A stretch of 26,638 nucleotides of DNA from an uncultured Erysipelotrichaceae bacterium (GTDB lineage: Bacteria > Bacillota_I > Bacilli_A > RF39 > UBA660): positions 1 through 26,638 of the forward strand of contig CACZQZ010000004.1 in the NCBI GenBank assembly GCA_902783405.1. The letters run 5' to 3'. The position numbers were made by a program, and so were the translations under genes. The notes under the pieces are model-generated. The model was not told where the DNA came from. It ran no database searches and saw only the letters and a list, made by a program, of their open reading frames with translations. Shown here in pieces: positions 15,389-24,346 of the stretch. The first letter of the stretch is position 1, and each line of letters starts with the position of its first letter.

Positions 15389-17215
15389 ATGATTATAACA
15401 AAATCTACATTATTAATAATTTTTAGTATTATATATATAAGTGCAATGATTGGCATTTATTTTGCTAAAGAAAGAGAAAAAAATGAGGAAACTAGAATAT
15501 ATACATATCTTTTGATAACCAATTTATTTAGTTTGATATTTCAAATTTTATGCATTATATATTCATATAACTATGATTGTCTTAATATGCATATGTGTAA
15601 TTTTATATTTAAAACGTATTCTGTTTTATTTTTGGTTTATGTGACATATTTATTGATATATTTAGTCATTATTAGTTTTGATAATTATAAAAAAATTATG
15701 TGGGTAATTCATACATTATTAAATATTAGTGTTGTTATTACATTTTTATTACCAGCAAAATTATATGTATCCCCTGATAAGTCTTCTTTTTATACAACAG
15801 GATTAGCTATGGATTTTGTGTATTTTGTGTCGCTTGTTATTTCAACTTCCATTATTGCAATATTATTTATAAAAAGAAAAAAAATATCAAAAGTTAAAAC
15901 GATACCTTTACATAGTTTTGTTGTTCTTGGTTTAGTTGCAATGATTATTCAAAAAATAAATCCAGAATTAAGTATAATGAGCGCTGTTGAAACATTTTTA
16001 TGTTGTATGATGTATTTTACGATTGAAAATCCAGATTTAAAAATGATAAGACAACTAGAATTAGCAAAAAACGGTGCTGAAAAAGCAAATAGAGCTAAAT
16101 CAGATTTCTTATCTAGTATGTCTCATGAAATTAGAACACCACTAAATGCTATTGTAGGTCTTTCTGAAGATATTGCTTCATATAAAGATCAAGTACCAAA
16201 AGAAGTGGTAGAAGATACAGAAGACATCCGAAATGCATCCCAAACATTACTTGAAATTGTTGGAAATATCTTAGATATCAATAAAATTGAAAGTAATAAA
16301 ATAGAGATTGTAGAAACAACATATGTACCAAAAGAATTAATTGAAACATTAGCTAAAATAAATGCTACTAGAATAGGGGAAAAACCAATTCATTTTAATA
16401 TGAATATCGCAGAAGATCTTCCTTATGAACTTTTAGGCGATAAACTTCATATTAAAGAAATAATTAATAATTTACTTAGTAATGCTTTTAAGTATACAGA
16501 TAGAGGAGAAGTTACTTTAACAGTAAAATGTATTAATAAAGATAATCTTTCCAACTTAATTATCAGTGTAAAAGATACAGGCCGCGGAATTAAAAAAGAA
16601 AATATTGATAAATTATTTACTAAATTTGAACGACTAGGAGCAGACAGGAATACAACCATTGAGGGAACAGGACTAGGTCTTGCCATTACAAAAAATTTAA
16701 TTGAAATGATGGGGGGGACTATTAATGTTCAAAGTCAATTTGGAGAAGGATCTTTATTTGTTGTATTCTTACCACAAAAAATAAGTAAAATGGAAAAACC
16801 AGATGTTGTAGAGTTAAAACAAGAAGTTACTAAAGAAGTAAAAGATTATGGACATAAAAAAATACTTATTGTTGATGATAATATGCTAAATATTAAAGTA
16901 GCTAGAAGAGCGCTTTCTGATTTTAATTTTGAAATAGATGAAGCAACCGATGGATATAGATGTTTAGAAAAAGTAGTAAAAGGTAATGAATATGATTTAA
17001 TTTTAATGGATATTATGATGCCTAATATGGGTGGTGAAGAAACTTTATCTAAATTAAAAGAAAATCCAGAATTTAAAATACCTACTATTGCTTTAACTGC
17101 AGATGCTGTTGCTGGAGCAGAAGAAAAATATAAAGAAGAAGGATTTATTGATTATTTAGCAAAGCCTTTCTCAAGAAATCAGATTAAAGAAAAATTAGAG
17201 GAAATATTTAAATAA
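15389..17215 (+). CDS. Membrane-bound hybrid sensor histidine kinase/response regulator
   Basis: About 7 hydrophobic N-terminal segments; HisKA FLSSMSHEIRTPLNAIVG; HATPase NLLSNAFKYT, DTGRGI, GTGLGLAI; receiver ILIVDDN, ILMDIMMP, AKP. ATG 15389 is the Met with an RBS-like AGGA upstream. Confidence 0.95.
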   Translation: MIITKSTLLIIFSIIYISAMIGIYFAKEREKNEETRIYTYLLITNLFSLIFQILCIIYSYNYDCLNMHMCNFIFKTYSVLFLVYVTYLLIYLVIISFDNYKKIMWVIHTLLNISVVITFLLPAKLYVSPDKSSFYTTGLAMDFVYFVSLVISTSIIAILFIKRKKISKVKTIPLHSFVVLGLVAMIIQKINPELSIMSAVETFLCCMMYFTIENPDLKMIRQLELAKNGAEKANRAKSDFLSSMSHEIRTPLNAIVGLSEDIASYKDQVPKEVVEDTEDIRNASQTLLEIVGNILDINKIESNKIEIVETTYVPKELIETLAKINATRIGEKPIHFNMNIAEDLPYELLGDKLHIKEIINNLLSNAFKYTDRGEVTLTVKCINKDNLSNLIISVKDTGRGIKKENIDKLFTKFERLGADRNTTIEGTGLGLAITKNLIEMMGGTINVQSQFGEGSLFVVFLPQKISKMEKPDVVELKQEVTKEVKDYGHKKILIVDDNMLNIKVARRALSDFNFEIDEATDGYRCLEKVVKGNEYDLILMDIMMPNMGGEETLSKLKENPEFKIPTIALTADAVAGAEEKYKEEGFIDYLAKPFSRNQIKEKLEEIFK

Positions 17216-17221
17216 AAAAAT

Positions 17222-17265
17222 ATTTCCAAAACTTGCCCAGAAAGGATAGTTTTGGAAATTTTTTT
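17222..17265. terminator. Strong, probably bidirectional terminator
   Basis: ATTTCCAAAACT (17222-17233) / AGTTTTGGAAAT (17248-17259) 12 bp stem, T-run downstream and A-run upstream. Confidence 0.85.
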
Positions 17266-17334
17266 CCGAAACTTGATATTATATTGAATAAATAAGGGTA
17301 TATTTAATAAATAAGATAATTTTTTTAAATTTAA

Positions 17335-17363
17335 TTGACTAAATCTTTTTAAATGAATATAAT
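17335..17363 (+). promoter_or_regulatory. Near-consensus sigma-A promoter of gltX
   Basis: TTGACT (17335-17340), 17 nt spacer, TATAAT (17358-17363). Confidence 0.85.
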
Positions 17364-17379
17364 TAAGTTGGTGATTTTT

Positions 17380-19038
17380 ATGACAAATAAAGAATTAGCA
17401 GACATTATGTTTCCAAATGTGAAACATGATATAGAGTATTATGAAAATTTATATCCAGAGCGAAATTTAAAAGAAGGAGCAGTCGTATCTAGATTTGCAC
17501 CAAGTCCAACAGGATTTGTACATATGGGAAGCTTGCTTGCCGCTTTCATCGAAAGAAAAGTGCCAAAACAAACAGGGGGAGTATTCTTTCTTAGAATTGA
17601 AGATACAGATGGAAAAAGAACAGTTGAAAATGGTATTGGTGGAATTATTGCTGATTTAAAGGCTTTTCATATCGATATAGATGAAGGTGTAATTAGTGAA
17701 ACTGAAAGTAAGGGTGAATATGGACCTTACATTCAAAGTGAGAGAAAAGAAATATATGAAACTTATGCTAAATATTTAGTAGAACAAGGACTCGCTTATC
17801 CTTGCTTTTGTACACCAGAAGAAATAGAAGAAATAAGAAGTGTTCAAGAAAAGAAAAAAGACCGTATTGGATATTATGGAAGATGGGCTAAATGTAAATA
17901 TTTAAGTAATGAAGAGAGAATAGAGAGAATCAAAAATGGAGAAAAATTTATTGTAAGATTAAATTCTCCAGGTAACTTTGATAATAAAGTTGTTTTAAAT
18001 GATTTAGTAAGAGGAAGAATCGAAATGCCAGAAAACGATATGGATATCGTTTTAATTAAAAGTGATGGCCTTCCATTATATCATTTTGCTCATGTTATTG
18101 ATGATCATTTAATGAGAACAACACATGTCTTAAGAGGAGAAGAGTGGATTCCATCAACTCCATGTCATTTACAATTATTTAAAATCTTTGGTTGGAAAGC
18201 TCCTAAATATGCACATTTAGGTCTAGTTATGAAAATTGGCGAAGATGGTGCTAGAAGAAAACTATCCAAAAGAAAAGATCCTGAAGCAGCTGTTAGTTTT
18301 TATCATGAAAAAGGAATTCCAGTAGAAGCTGTTAAATATTATTTAATGACGATTGCTAACTCTAATTTTGAAGCTTGGTGGGATCAGAATAAAGATAAAA
18401 CTTATGATGATTTTACTTTTGATTTTAAGAAAATGAGTTTGAGTGGTTCATTATTTGATTTAGAAAAACTTCTTAATATTTCAAAAAATTATATTAGTAC
18501 GATGAAAGCAGAAGAATTATATGATGAATTAGTTACATATACTGAAGAATTTGATTCTGAATTTCATCAAATTTTAAAAAATGATAAAGATTATGCTTTA
18601 AAAGTTTTAAATATTGAAAGAGAAAAGAAAAAACCTCGTAAAGATTATGCTATGTATAGTGATATAAGAAAATATTCTTGGTATATGTTTGATGAATTAT
18701 TTGAAAAAGAAGAAAAAACATATGATTTTCAAAATATCAATGATAAAGATGAAATTAAGAATATCGTAAATGAGTATTTTACTAATTATTATGATGAAAA
18801 TGATGATCATGAAACTTGGTTTAACAAAATGAAAGAACTTGCTAAAAAATTAGGTTATGCAGATAATATGAAAGACTATAAAGAAAATCCAGATAATTAT
18901 AAAGGAAACATTACTGATATTGCAACTGTTATTAGAGTAGCTATAACAACTCAAGCACAAACTCCAGATTTATATGAAATATTACAAGTTCTTGGTAAAG
19001 ATAGTATTTTAAAGAGAATAGAAAAAGAGTATTACTAA
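17380..19038 (+). CDS. gltX: Glutamate--tRNA ligase (long ~550 aa clostridial-type form)
   Basis: SRFAPSPTGFVHMGS, LRIEDTD, AYPCFCT, HVLRGEEW, KLSKRK. RBS GGTGA supports ATG 17380; the ORF-track start at 17353 lies inside the promoter. Confidence 0.97.
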   Translation: MTNKELADIMFPNVKHDIEYYENLYPERNLKEGAVVSRFAPSPTGFVHMGSLLAAFIERKVPKQTGGVFFLRIEDTDGKRTVENGIGGIIADLKAFHIDIDEGVISETESKGEYGPYIQSERKEIYETYAKYLVEQGLAYPCFCTPEEIEEIRSVQEKKKDRIGYYGRWAKCKYLSNEERIERIKNGEKFIVRLNSPGNFDNKVVLNDLVRGRIEMPENDMDIVLIKSDGLPLYHFAHVIDDHLMRTTHVLRGEEWIPSTPCHLQLFKIFGWKAPKYAHLGLVMKIGEDGARRKLSKRKDPEAAVSFYHEKGIPVEAVKYYLMTIANSNFEAWWDQNKDKTYDDFTFDFKKMSLSGSLFDLEKLLNISKNYISTMKAEELYDELVTYTEEFDSEFHQILKNDKDYALKVLNIEREKKKPRKDYAMYSDIRKYSWYMFDELFEKEEKTYDFQNINDKDEIKNIVNEYFTNYYDENDDHETWFNKMKELAKKLGYADNMKDYKENPDNYKGNITDIATVIRVAITTQAQTPDLYEILQVLGKDSILKRIEKEYY

Positions 19039-19051
19039 AAGGAGTATGAAA

Positions 19052-20011
19052 ATGAATTTTAGGACGTATGAAGATTTAGCTAATATTTTAAATAATAATT
19101 TACATAAAATACCTTCAGATGTGGATTTGGTAGTAGGAATACCAAAAAGTGGACTAATGGTAGCGAGTATGATATCTCTATATTTGAATTTACCATTATC
19201 TGATTTAGATTTGTTATTATCGGATAGTATGTATGCTTCAGGTACGACTAAAGTAAAGAAGACTTGGATATCAAAACCTTCTGATGCAAGAAAGATATTA
19301 ATTGTGGATGATAGTTCAATATCTGGAACAGCATTAAATGAAGCAAAAGAAAAGATTAAAAAATCAAAATATAAAAATAAAGTTATATTTTTAGTAGTGT
19401 TTGTAAACGAAAAAACAAAAAAATTACCGGATTTATATTTTGATATTTGTCCTAGTCCTAGAATGTTTGAATGGAATTATATGCATCATGGACTTTTGGA
19501 ACAAGCATGTGTAGACATTGATGGTGTACTTTGTAGAGACCCTTCAGAAGAAGAAAATGATGATGGAAAAAAATATATAAAGTTTATTAAGACGGTAAAA
19601 CCGAGAGTTGTTCCAACAAGAAAAATTGGTTATTTAGTAACATCAAGGCTTGAAAAATATAGATCACAAACTGAATATTGGCTTTCTAAAAATAATATTC
19701 AATATGATCAATTAATTATGATGAATTTATCATCTAAAGAAGAACGTATTAAACTTGGAAATCATGGAAGCTTTAAGGGAGAACAATATAAAAAATTACC
19801 AAATACTGTGATATTCATTGAAAGTAGCAAAAATCAAGCTCAAACAATTGCTAACGTATCAGGAAAAGACGTGTTTTGTGTTGAAGACAGTAAACTTTAT
19901 CGACCATCATTTGATTGTTTAGATGTAAACGAAAGTAAAATTAGAAGACTATTTAGAAAGGTAGTTCCTTTTAAAATTAGAAAAAAATTAAAAAAAATGT
20001 TTAAAAAATAA
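19052..20011 (+). CDS. Type I phosphoribosyltransferase fused to a C-terminal HAD-like phosphatase domain
   Basis: VVGIPKSG, PRPP loop ILIVDDSSISGTAL, then ACVDIDGVLC, LVTSR, FIESS. RBS AAGGAG spacing favours ATG 19052 over 19046. Confidence 0.8.
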   Translation: MNFRTYEDLANILNNNLHKIPSDVDLVVGIPKSGLMVASMISLYLNLPLSDLDLLLSDSMYASGTTKVKKTWISKPSDARKILIVDDSSISGTALNEAKEKIKKSKYKNKVIFLVVFVNEKTKKLPDLYFDICPSPRMFEWNYMHHGLLEQACVDIDGVLCRDPSEEENDDGKKYIKFIKTVKPRVVPTRKIGYLVTSRLEKYRSQTEYWLSKNNIQYDQLIMMNLSSKEERIKLGNHGSFKGEQYKKLPNTVIFIESSKNQAQTIANVSGKDVFCVEDSKLYRPSFDCLDVNESKIRRLFRKVVPFKIRKKLKKMFKK

Positions 20012-20024
20012 ATAACCTAAATAT

Positions 20025-20054
20025 AAAAACAAGTATGCAAAAGACTTGTTTTTT
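20025..20054 (+). terminator. Intrinsic terminator overlapping an extended -10 (TG-t-TATAAT, 20054-20062) for the glycosyltransferase operon
   Basis: AAAAACAAGT-atgcaaaag-ACTTGTTTTT. Confidence 0.75.
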
Positions 20055-20094
20055 GTTATAATAAAAATAGATAAATGAAATAGGATGTGAAAAT

Positions 20095-21030
20095 ATGCCT
20101 AAAATAAGTATTATTATTCCTGTATATAATACAGAAAAATATATAGAAAAATGTTTAAATAGTATTTTGAATCAAACATTCAATGATTTCGAAGTGATTG
20201 CTATTGATGATGGAAGTACAGATTCATCTTTAGAGATTTTAAAAAAATATGAGAGTGATGAAAGATTTGTAATTATTCATAAAGAAAATGAAGGACAAGC
20301 AGTAGCTAGAAATATAGGTATCAAAAAAGCAAGTGGAGAATATATTACTTTTGTTGATAGTGACGATTATATTGACAAAAATATGCTAGAAGATTTATAT
20401 CGCTTGGTACAAGAAAAAGATGCAGATGTAGCTATTTGTGATATTTTAAAAGAAAGTAAAGCAGATAAACTTGTCTTTAAAAACTATTGGGATGTAAATA
20501 CAGAAAAAAATAAAAACATGATGACTTCTCATATGGGACCAGTAGCAAGACTTTATAAAAGAGATTTATTTATAAAACACAACATTTTCTTTAAAGAGAA
20601 AATTATTTATGAAGATTTGGCAACCATTCCATTACTTGCTATGGTATCCAAAAACATAGAATACATAGAAAAACCTTATTATCATTATATTATAAGAGAA
20701 AACTCCACAATGCAAAAAATAACATATTCAGAAAAACTAAAAAATATATTTGATGTTATGGATTATTTAGAGGGACATATTACTACAGATTATAAAGAAG
20801 AACTAGAGTATTTATATATAGAACATTTATTATATAGTGCATCACTTAGATTTTTTAAATTTCAAAAAAAAGATATGCTTTTAAAAATTCAAAAAATTAT
20901 GAAACAAAAATATCCAGATTATACAAAAAATATGTATTATAAAAAGAAAAGTATCAAATTTAAAATCGTTTGCCATCTTTTCTATTATAAAAATTATTTT
21001 CTATTATCATTAATAACGAAAGGAAGATAA
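20095..21030 (+). CDS. Glycosyltransferase family 2
   Basis: ISIIIPVYNTE, IDDGSTD, ARNIGI, GEYITFVDSDDY, YED. Confidence 0.95.
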   Translation: MPKISIIIPVYNTEKYIEKCLNSILNQTFNDFEVIAIDDGSTDSSLEILKKYESDERFVIIHKENEGQAVARNIGIKKASGEYITFVDSDDYIDKNMLEDLYRLVQEKDADVAICDILKESKADKLVFKNYWDVNTEKNKNMMTSHMGPVARLYKRDLFIKHNIFFKEKIIYEDLATIPLLAMVSKNIEYIEKPYYHYIIRENSTMQKITYSEKLKNIFDVMDYLEGHITTDYKEELEYLYIEHLLYSASLRFFKFQKKDMLLKIQKIMKQKYPDYTKNMYYKKKSIKFKIVCHLFYYKNYFLLSLITKGR

Positions 21031-21032
21031 AT

Positions 21033-21974
21033 ATGATTAAAATAAGTGTTATTGTTCCTGTATATAATACTGAAAAATATATGGAAAAGTGTTTAGATTC
21101 TTTGACTTGTCAAACGATTAAAGATATAGAAATCATTGTTATCAATGATGGAAGTACAGATAAAAGCAAAGAAATTATTGATAACTATGCAAAAAAATAT
21201 CAAAATATAAAAGCTTATCATTTACAAAATGGAGGAGTTAGTAAAGCAAGAAATTTTGGTTTAAAAAAAGCTAAAGGAGAATATATTACTTTTTTAGATA
21301 GTGACGATTATATTGATGATAATTTATATGAAAAAATGTATGATAAAGCAAAAGAAAATGACGCAGATGTATGTGAATGTGATTATATTTGGGAATTTCT
21401 TAAAAAGAAAAGATATGATTATTTAAATAAAAACATTCACCCATTACTATCAATGAGAGCTGTTGTATGGAATAGACTTTATAAAAGAGAGTTATTAATT
21501 AATAATAAAATATCTTTTCATGAAGGAGTACATTTTGAAGATGTAGAATTTTGTTATGAAGTTTTTCCTTATATTAAAAATTTTGCTTATGTTAAAGATG
21601 TTTATGTTCACTATGTACAAAGAGATAATTCTATTACAAGTGATCGAACAGATAAATTAAAAGATATTTATAAAGTACTAGATGGTACTATACAATATTA
21701 TAAAAAACATCATTTTTATGATGAATATAAAAATGAATTAGAATATATTTATATGAGATATATTTTTGGTAGTTCTTTTCTTAGAATGGTTAAAATTAAA
21801 GATCATAAAATTAGAAAGAAAATGCTTAAAGAATCTTATCATAAATTATTAGATGTTTATCCAAATTATAAAGAAAATCCATATTTAAAAGAAAAAGGAA
21901 AAAGAAACTTTTATTTTCGCTCAATTAATAAGTTTACTTTTCCAATATACTGTTTTTTGTTTCATCTTAAATAA
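21033..21974 (+). CDS. Glycosyltransferase family 2 (tandem paralogue of the previous gene)
   Basis: ISVIVPVYNTE, INDGSTD, ARNFGL, GEYITFLDSDDY, FED. Confidence 0.95.
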   Translation: MIKISVIVPVYNTEKYMEKCLDSLTCQTIKDIEIIVINDGSTDKSKEIIDNYAKKYQNIKAYHLQNGGVSKARNFGLKKAKGEYITFLDSDDYIDDNLYEKMYDKAKENDADVCECDYIWEFLKKKRYDYLNKNIHPLLSMRAVVWNRLYKRELLINNKISFHEGVHFEDVEFCYEVFPYIKNFAYVKDVYVHYVQRDNSITSDRTDKLKDIYKVLDGTIQYYKKHHFYDEYKNELEYIYMRYIFGSSFLRMVKIKDHKIRKKMLKESYHKLLDVYPNYKENPYLKEKGKRNFYFRSINKFTFPIYCFLFHLK

Positions 21975-22001
21975 ATTATTTAAAAAGCAGGAGGTTATTA
22001 T

Positions 22002-22484
22002 ATGAAAAAGAAAGTTTTATTTATATCTTCGACAGGTGGTCATTTTTCAGAAATGATGCAACTAGAAAAAATATTTAAAAACTATGATTATCATATTATT
22101 ACAGAAAAAACAAAGTCCAATAAAAATTTAAAAAATAAATATGGTAAAAAAATTGATTACTTGGTTTATGGTACTTATAGTACGCCTCTAACTCTTATTT
22201 TGTATCCATTTAAACTAATTATAAATATTTTTAAATCACTTTATTATTATGTAAAAATAAGACCAAAATTTATTATAACAACAGGAACTCATACAGCAGT
22301 TCCTATGTGTTATATTGGAAAGTTATTTGGATCTAAAATTATTTTTATTGAAACTTTTGCTAATAGTAAAACAAAAACAAAATCTGGTAAAATGATTTAT
22401 CCTATTGCGGATTTATTTTTAGTGCAGTGGGAAAGTATGCTAAATTTATATCCTAAAGCAGTTTATGGGGGGTGGATATATTGA
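22002..22484 (+). CDS. PssD/Cps14F family (Alg14-like) glycosyltransferase subunit
   Basis: ISSTGGHFSEM, IITTGTHTAVP, IETFA, FLVQW, VYGGWIY. Confidence 0.92.
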   Translation: MKKKVLFISSTGGHFSEMMQLEKIFKNYDYHIITEKTKSNKNLKNKYGKKIDYLVYGTYSTPLTLILYPFKLIINIFKSLYYYVKIRPKFIITTGTHTAVPMCYIGKLFGSKIIFIETFANSKTKTKSGKMIYPIADLFLVQWESMLNLYPKAVYGGWIY

Positions 22485-22960
22485 TATTTGTAACGTTAGG
22501 CACTCAAGATAAACCTTTTCCAAGACTGCTTGAAAAAATAGAAAAGCAAATTAAAAAAGGAAATATCAAAGAAGATGTTATTGTTCAAGCAGGATATACC
22601 AAATATGAATCAAAATATATGAAAATTCTTGGTATGATTCCTATGGAGGAATACCATAAATATATGGAAAAATGTGATTTATTAATTACACATGGTGGTG
22701 TAGGTTCTATTTTTGATGCTTTAAAATTGGGTAAAAGAATTATAGGTTGTCCTAGACTTAAAAAATATGGGGAACACTTAAATGATCATCAAATACAACT
22801 TATTGATTCCTTTTGTGAAAAAGGATATCTATTAGCTTATAATGAAGATGATGATTTATCTGAAATCCTAAAAAAAGTAAAAAAAATGAAACCTATAAAA
22901 TATAAACCAAATAACCAAAAAATGTTAGACATTATTACGAATTTTATAGAGAATAATTAA
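22481..22960 (+). CDS. PssE/Cps14G family (Alg13-like) glycosyltransferase subunit
   Basis: IFVTLGTQ, LITHGGVGSI, PRLKKYGEHLNDHQ. TTG 22481 after a G-rich RBS overlaps the upstream stop (TTGA). Confidence 0.92.
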   Translation: MIFVTLGTQDKPFPRLLEKIEKQIKKGNIKEDVIVQAGYTKYESKYMKILGMIPMEEYHKYMEKCDLLITHGGVGSIFDALKLGKRIIGCPRLKKYGEHLNDHQIQLIDSFCEKGYLLAYNEDDDLSEILKKVKKMKPIKYKPNNQKMLDIITNFIENN

Positions 22961-22970
22961 AGGAGAGTTT

Positions 22971-24212
22971 ATGAAAAAGAGAAGACTAAAAAAGAGTGCT
23001 GTTATTATTTTAATTATATTTTTATTATTTATTTTCTTAATCATTGGATTATTTTTACTAAAACCATGGAAAAGGGGATCATCTAAAGAAACAAAAGATA
23101 CAAAACAAATAAAAGAAAAGTATAATGCAAAAGATTATTACACAGAATTTGCAAGTATAAAAGAAGACACAAAACTTTATAAGTATGAAAATAAAAAATA
23201 CATAGATGCAGGTACTATTTATAAAGATGCTAAAATATCATTAGAAGAATCTAAAGATAAATATTTTAAAATAAAAAATAGTGATTATTATGTTTACTAT
23301 GATTCCTTTATTAAATCAGAAGAAAAACAAAAAGATAAATCATATGAAAGATGGGTTCCATATAATGAAAATATAGAAGGAGAAAACTTGACATTATCAC
23401 AAGATGATAAAAAATTATTAACTATAAAAGAAAAGTTAAGTTTACCAATTTATAGAAAAACAGAAGATAAAAACTATGTTTTATATAAAGAAGAATTATA
23501 TGAAATAAAAAAAGATGAAGGAAATATAACCGAAAAACAAAATTCAGATACTTCTTTAGCAAGTAGTGTTGCTGTTTTAAATTATCACTTTTTCTATGAT
23601 CCTGAAAAAGGAGAAAAATGCGATCAAATTATTTGTCATACCAAAAAACAATTTATATCACATTTAGATTATTTAAAAGAAAATAATTATACTGCATTAA
23701 CAGCAGAAGATTTAAAATTATTCTTAAAGAAAGAAATCAATGTCCCTAAAACAAGTTTAGTAATTACTATAGATGATGGTTATCTAGCTGAGCTTGGTGT
23801 AGAACTTTTAAATGAATATAAAATGCATGGAACTTTATTTTTAATAACTTCATGGTATCATCCAAGTGATTTTAAAAATGAATATGTAAAATTAGAATCT
23901 CATTCACATGATATGCATAATACTGGTGTTTGTCCTAAAGGACAAGGTGGAGCAATTCAGTGTTGGCCTGATGATAAAATTTTAAATGATTTAAAAACCA
24001 GTCAAAATGAACTTGGCGAATCTAAAGTTTTTTGCTTCCCATTTTATGAATATAATAATCATTCAATAGAACTTTTAAAACAAGCTGGATTTGAAATGGC
24101 TTTTGTAGGTGGAAATAAAAAGGCTTCTCCTGGCGTAGATTTATTTCAAATTCCAAGATATGTTATTGGTAGTGATACGACTTTAGAAGATTTTAAAAGA
24201 AAAATTAATTAA
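22971..24212 (+). CDS. Membrane-anchored polysaccharide deacetylase (NodB/CE4, IcaB/PgaB-like)
   Basis: N-terminal basic + hydrophobic anchor; VLNYH, ITIDDG, HGTLF, SHSHDMH, FCFPFY, IPRY. Confidence 0.9.
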   Translation: MKKRRLKKSAVIILIIFLLFIFLIIGLFLLKPWKRGSSKETKDTKQIKEKYNAKDYYTEFASIKEDTKLYKYENKKYIDAGTIYKDAKISLEESKDKYFKIKNSDYYVYYDSFIKSEEKQKDKSYERWVPYNENIEGENLTLSQDDKKLLTIKEKLSLPIYRKTEDKNYVLYKEELYEIKKDEGNITEKQNSDTSLASSVAVLNYHFFYDPEKGEKCDQIICHTKKQFISHLDYLKENNYTALTAEDLKLFLKKEINVPKTSLVITIDDGYLAELGVELLNEYKMHGTLFLITSWYHPSDFKNEYVKLESHSHDMHNTGVCPKGQGGAIQCWPDDKILNDLKTSQNELGESKVFCFPFYEYNNHSIELLKQAGFEMAFVGGNKKASPGVDLFQIPRYVIGSDTTLEDFKRKIN

Positions 24213-24240
24213 AAGTTGAGTAAATTTTACTCAATTTTTT
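24211..24240 (+). terminator. Intrinsic terminator
   Basis: TTGAGTAA-att-TTACTCAA followed by T6. Confidence 0.8.
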
Positions 24241-24346
24241 GTATTATATAATTGTAAATGAATAAAAAAGTAAAGAAAAATATAACAAATTCTTTTTGTT
24301 GTGATATAATAGTTTGGTGCAAAGACGTAAAATGGAGTGAGGCAGT

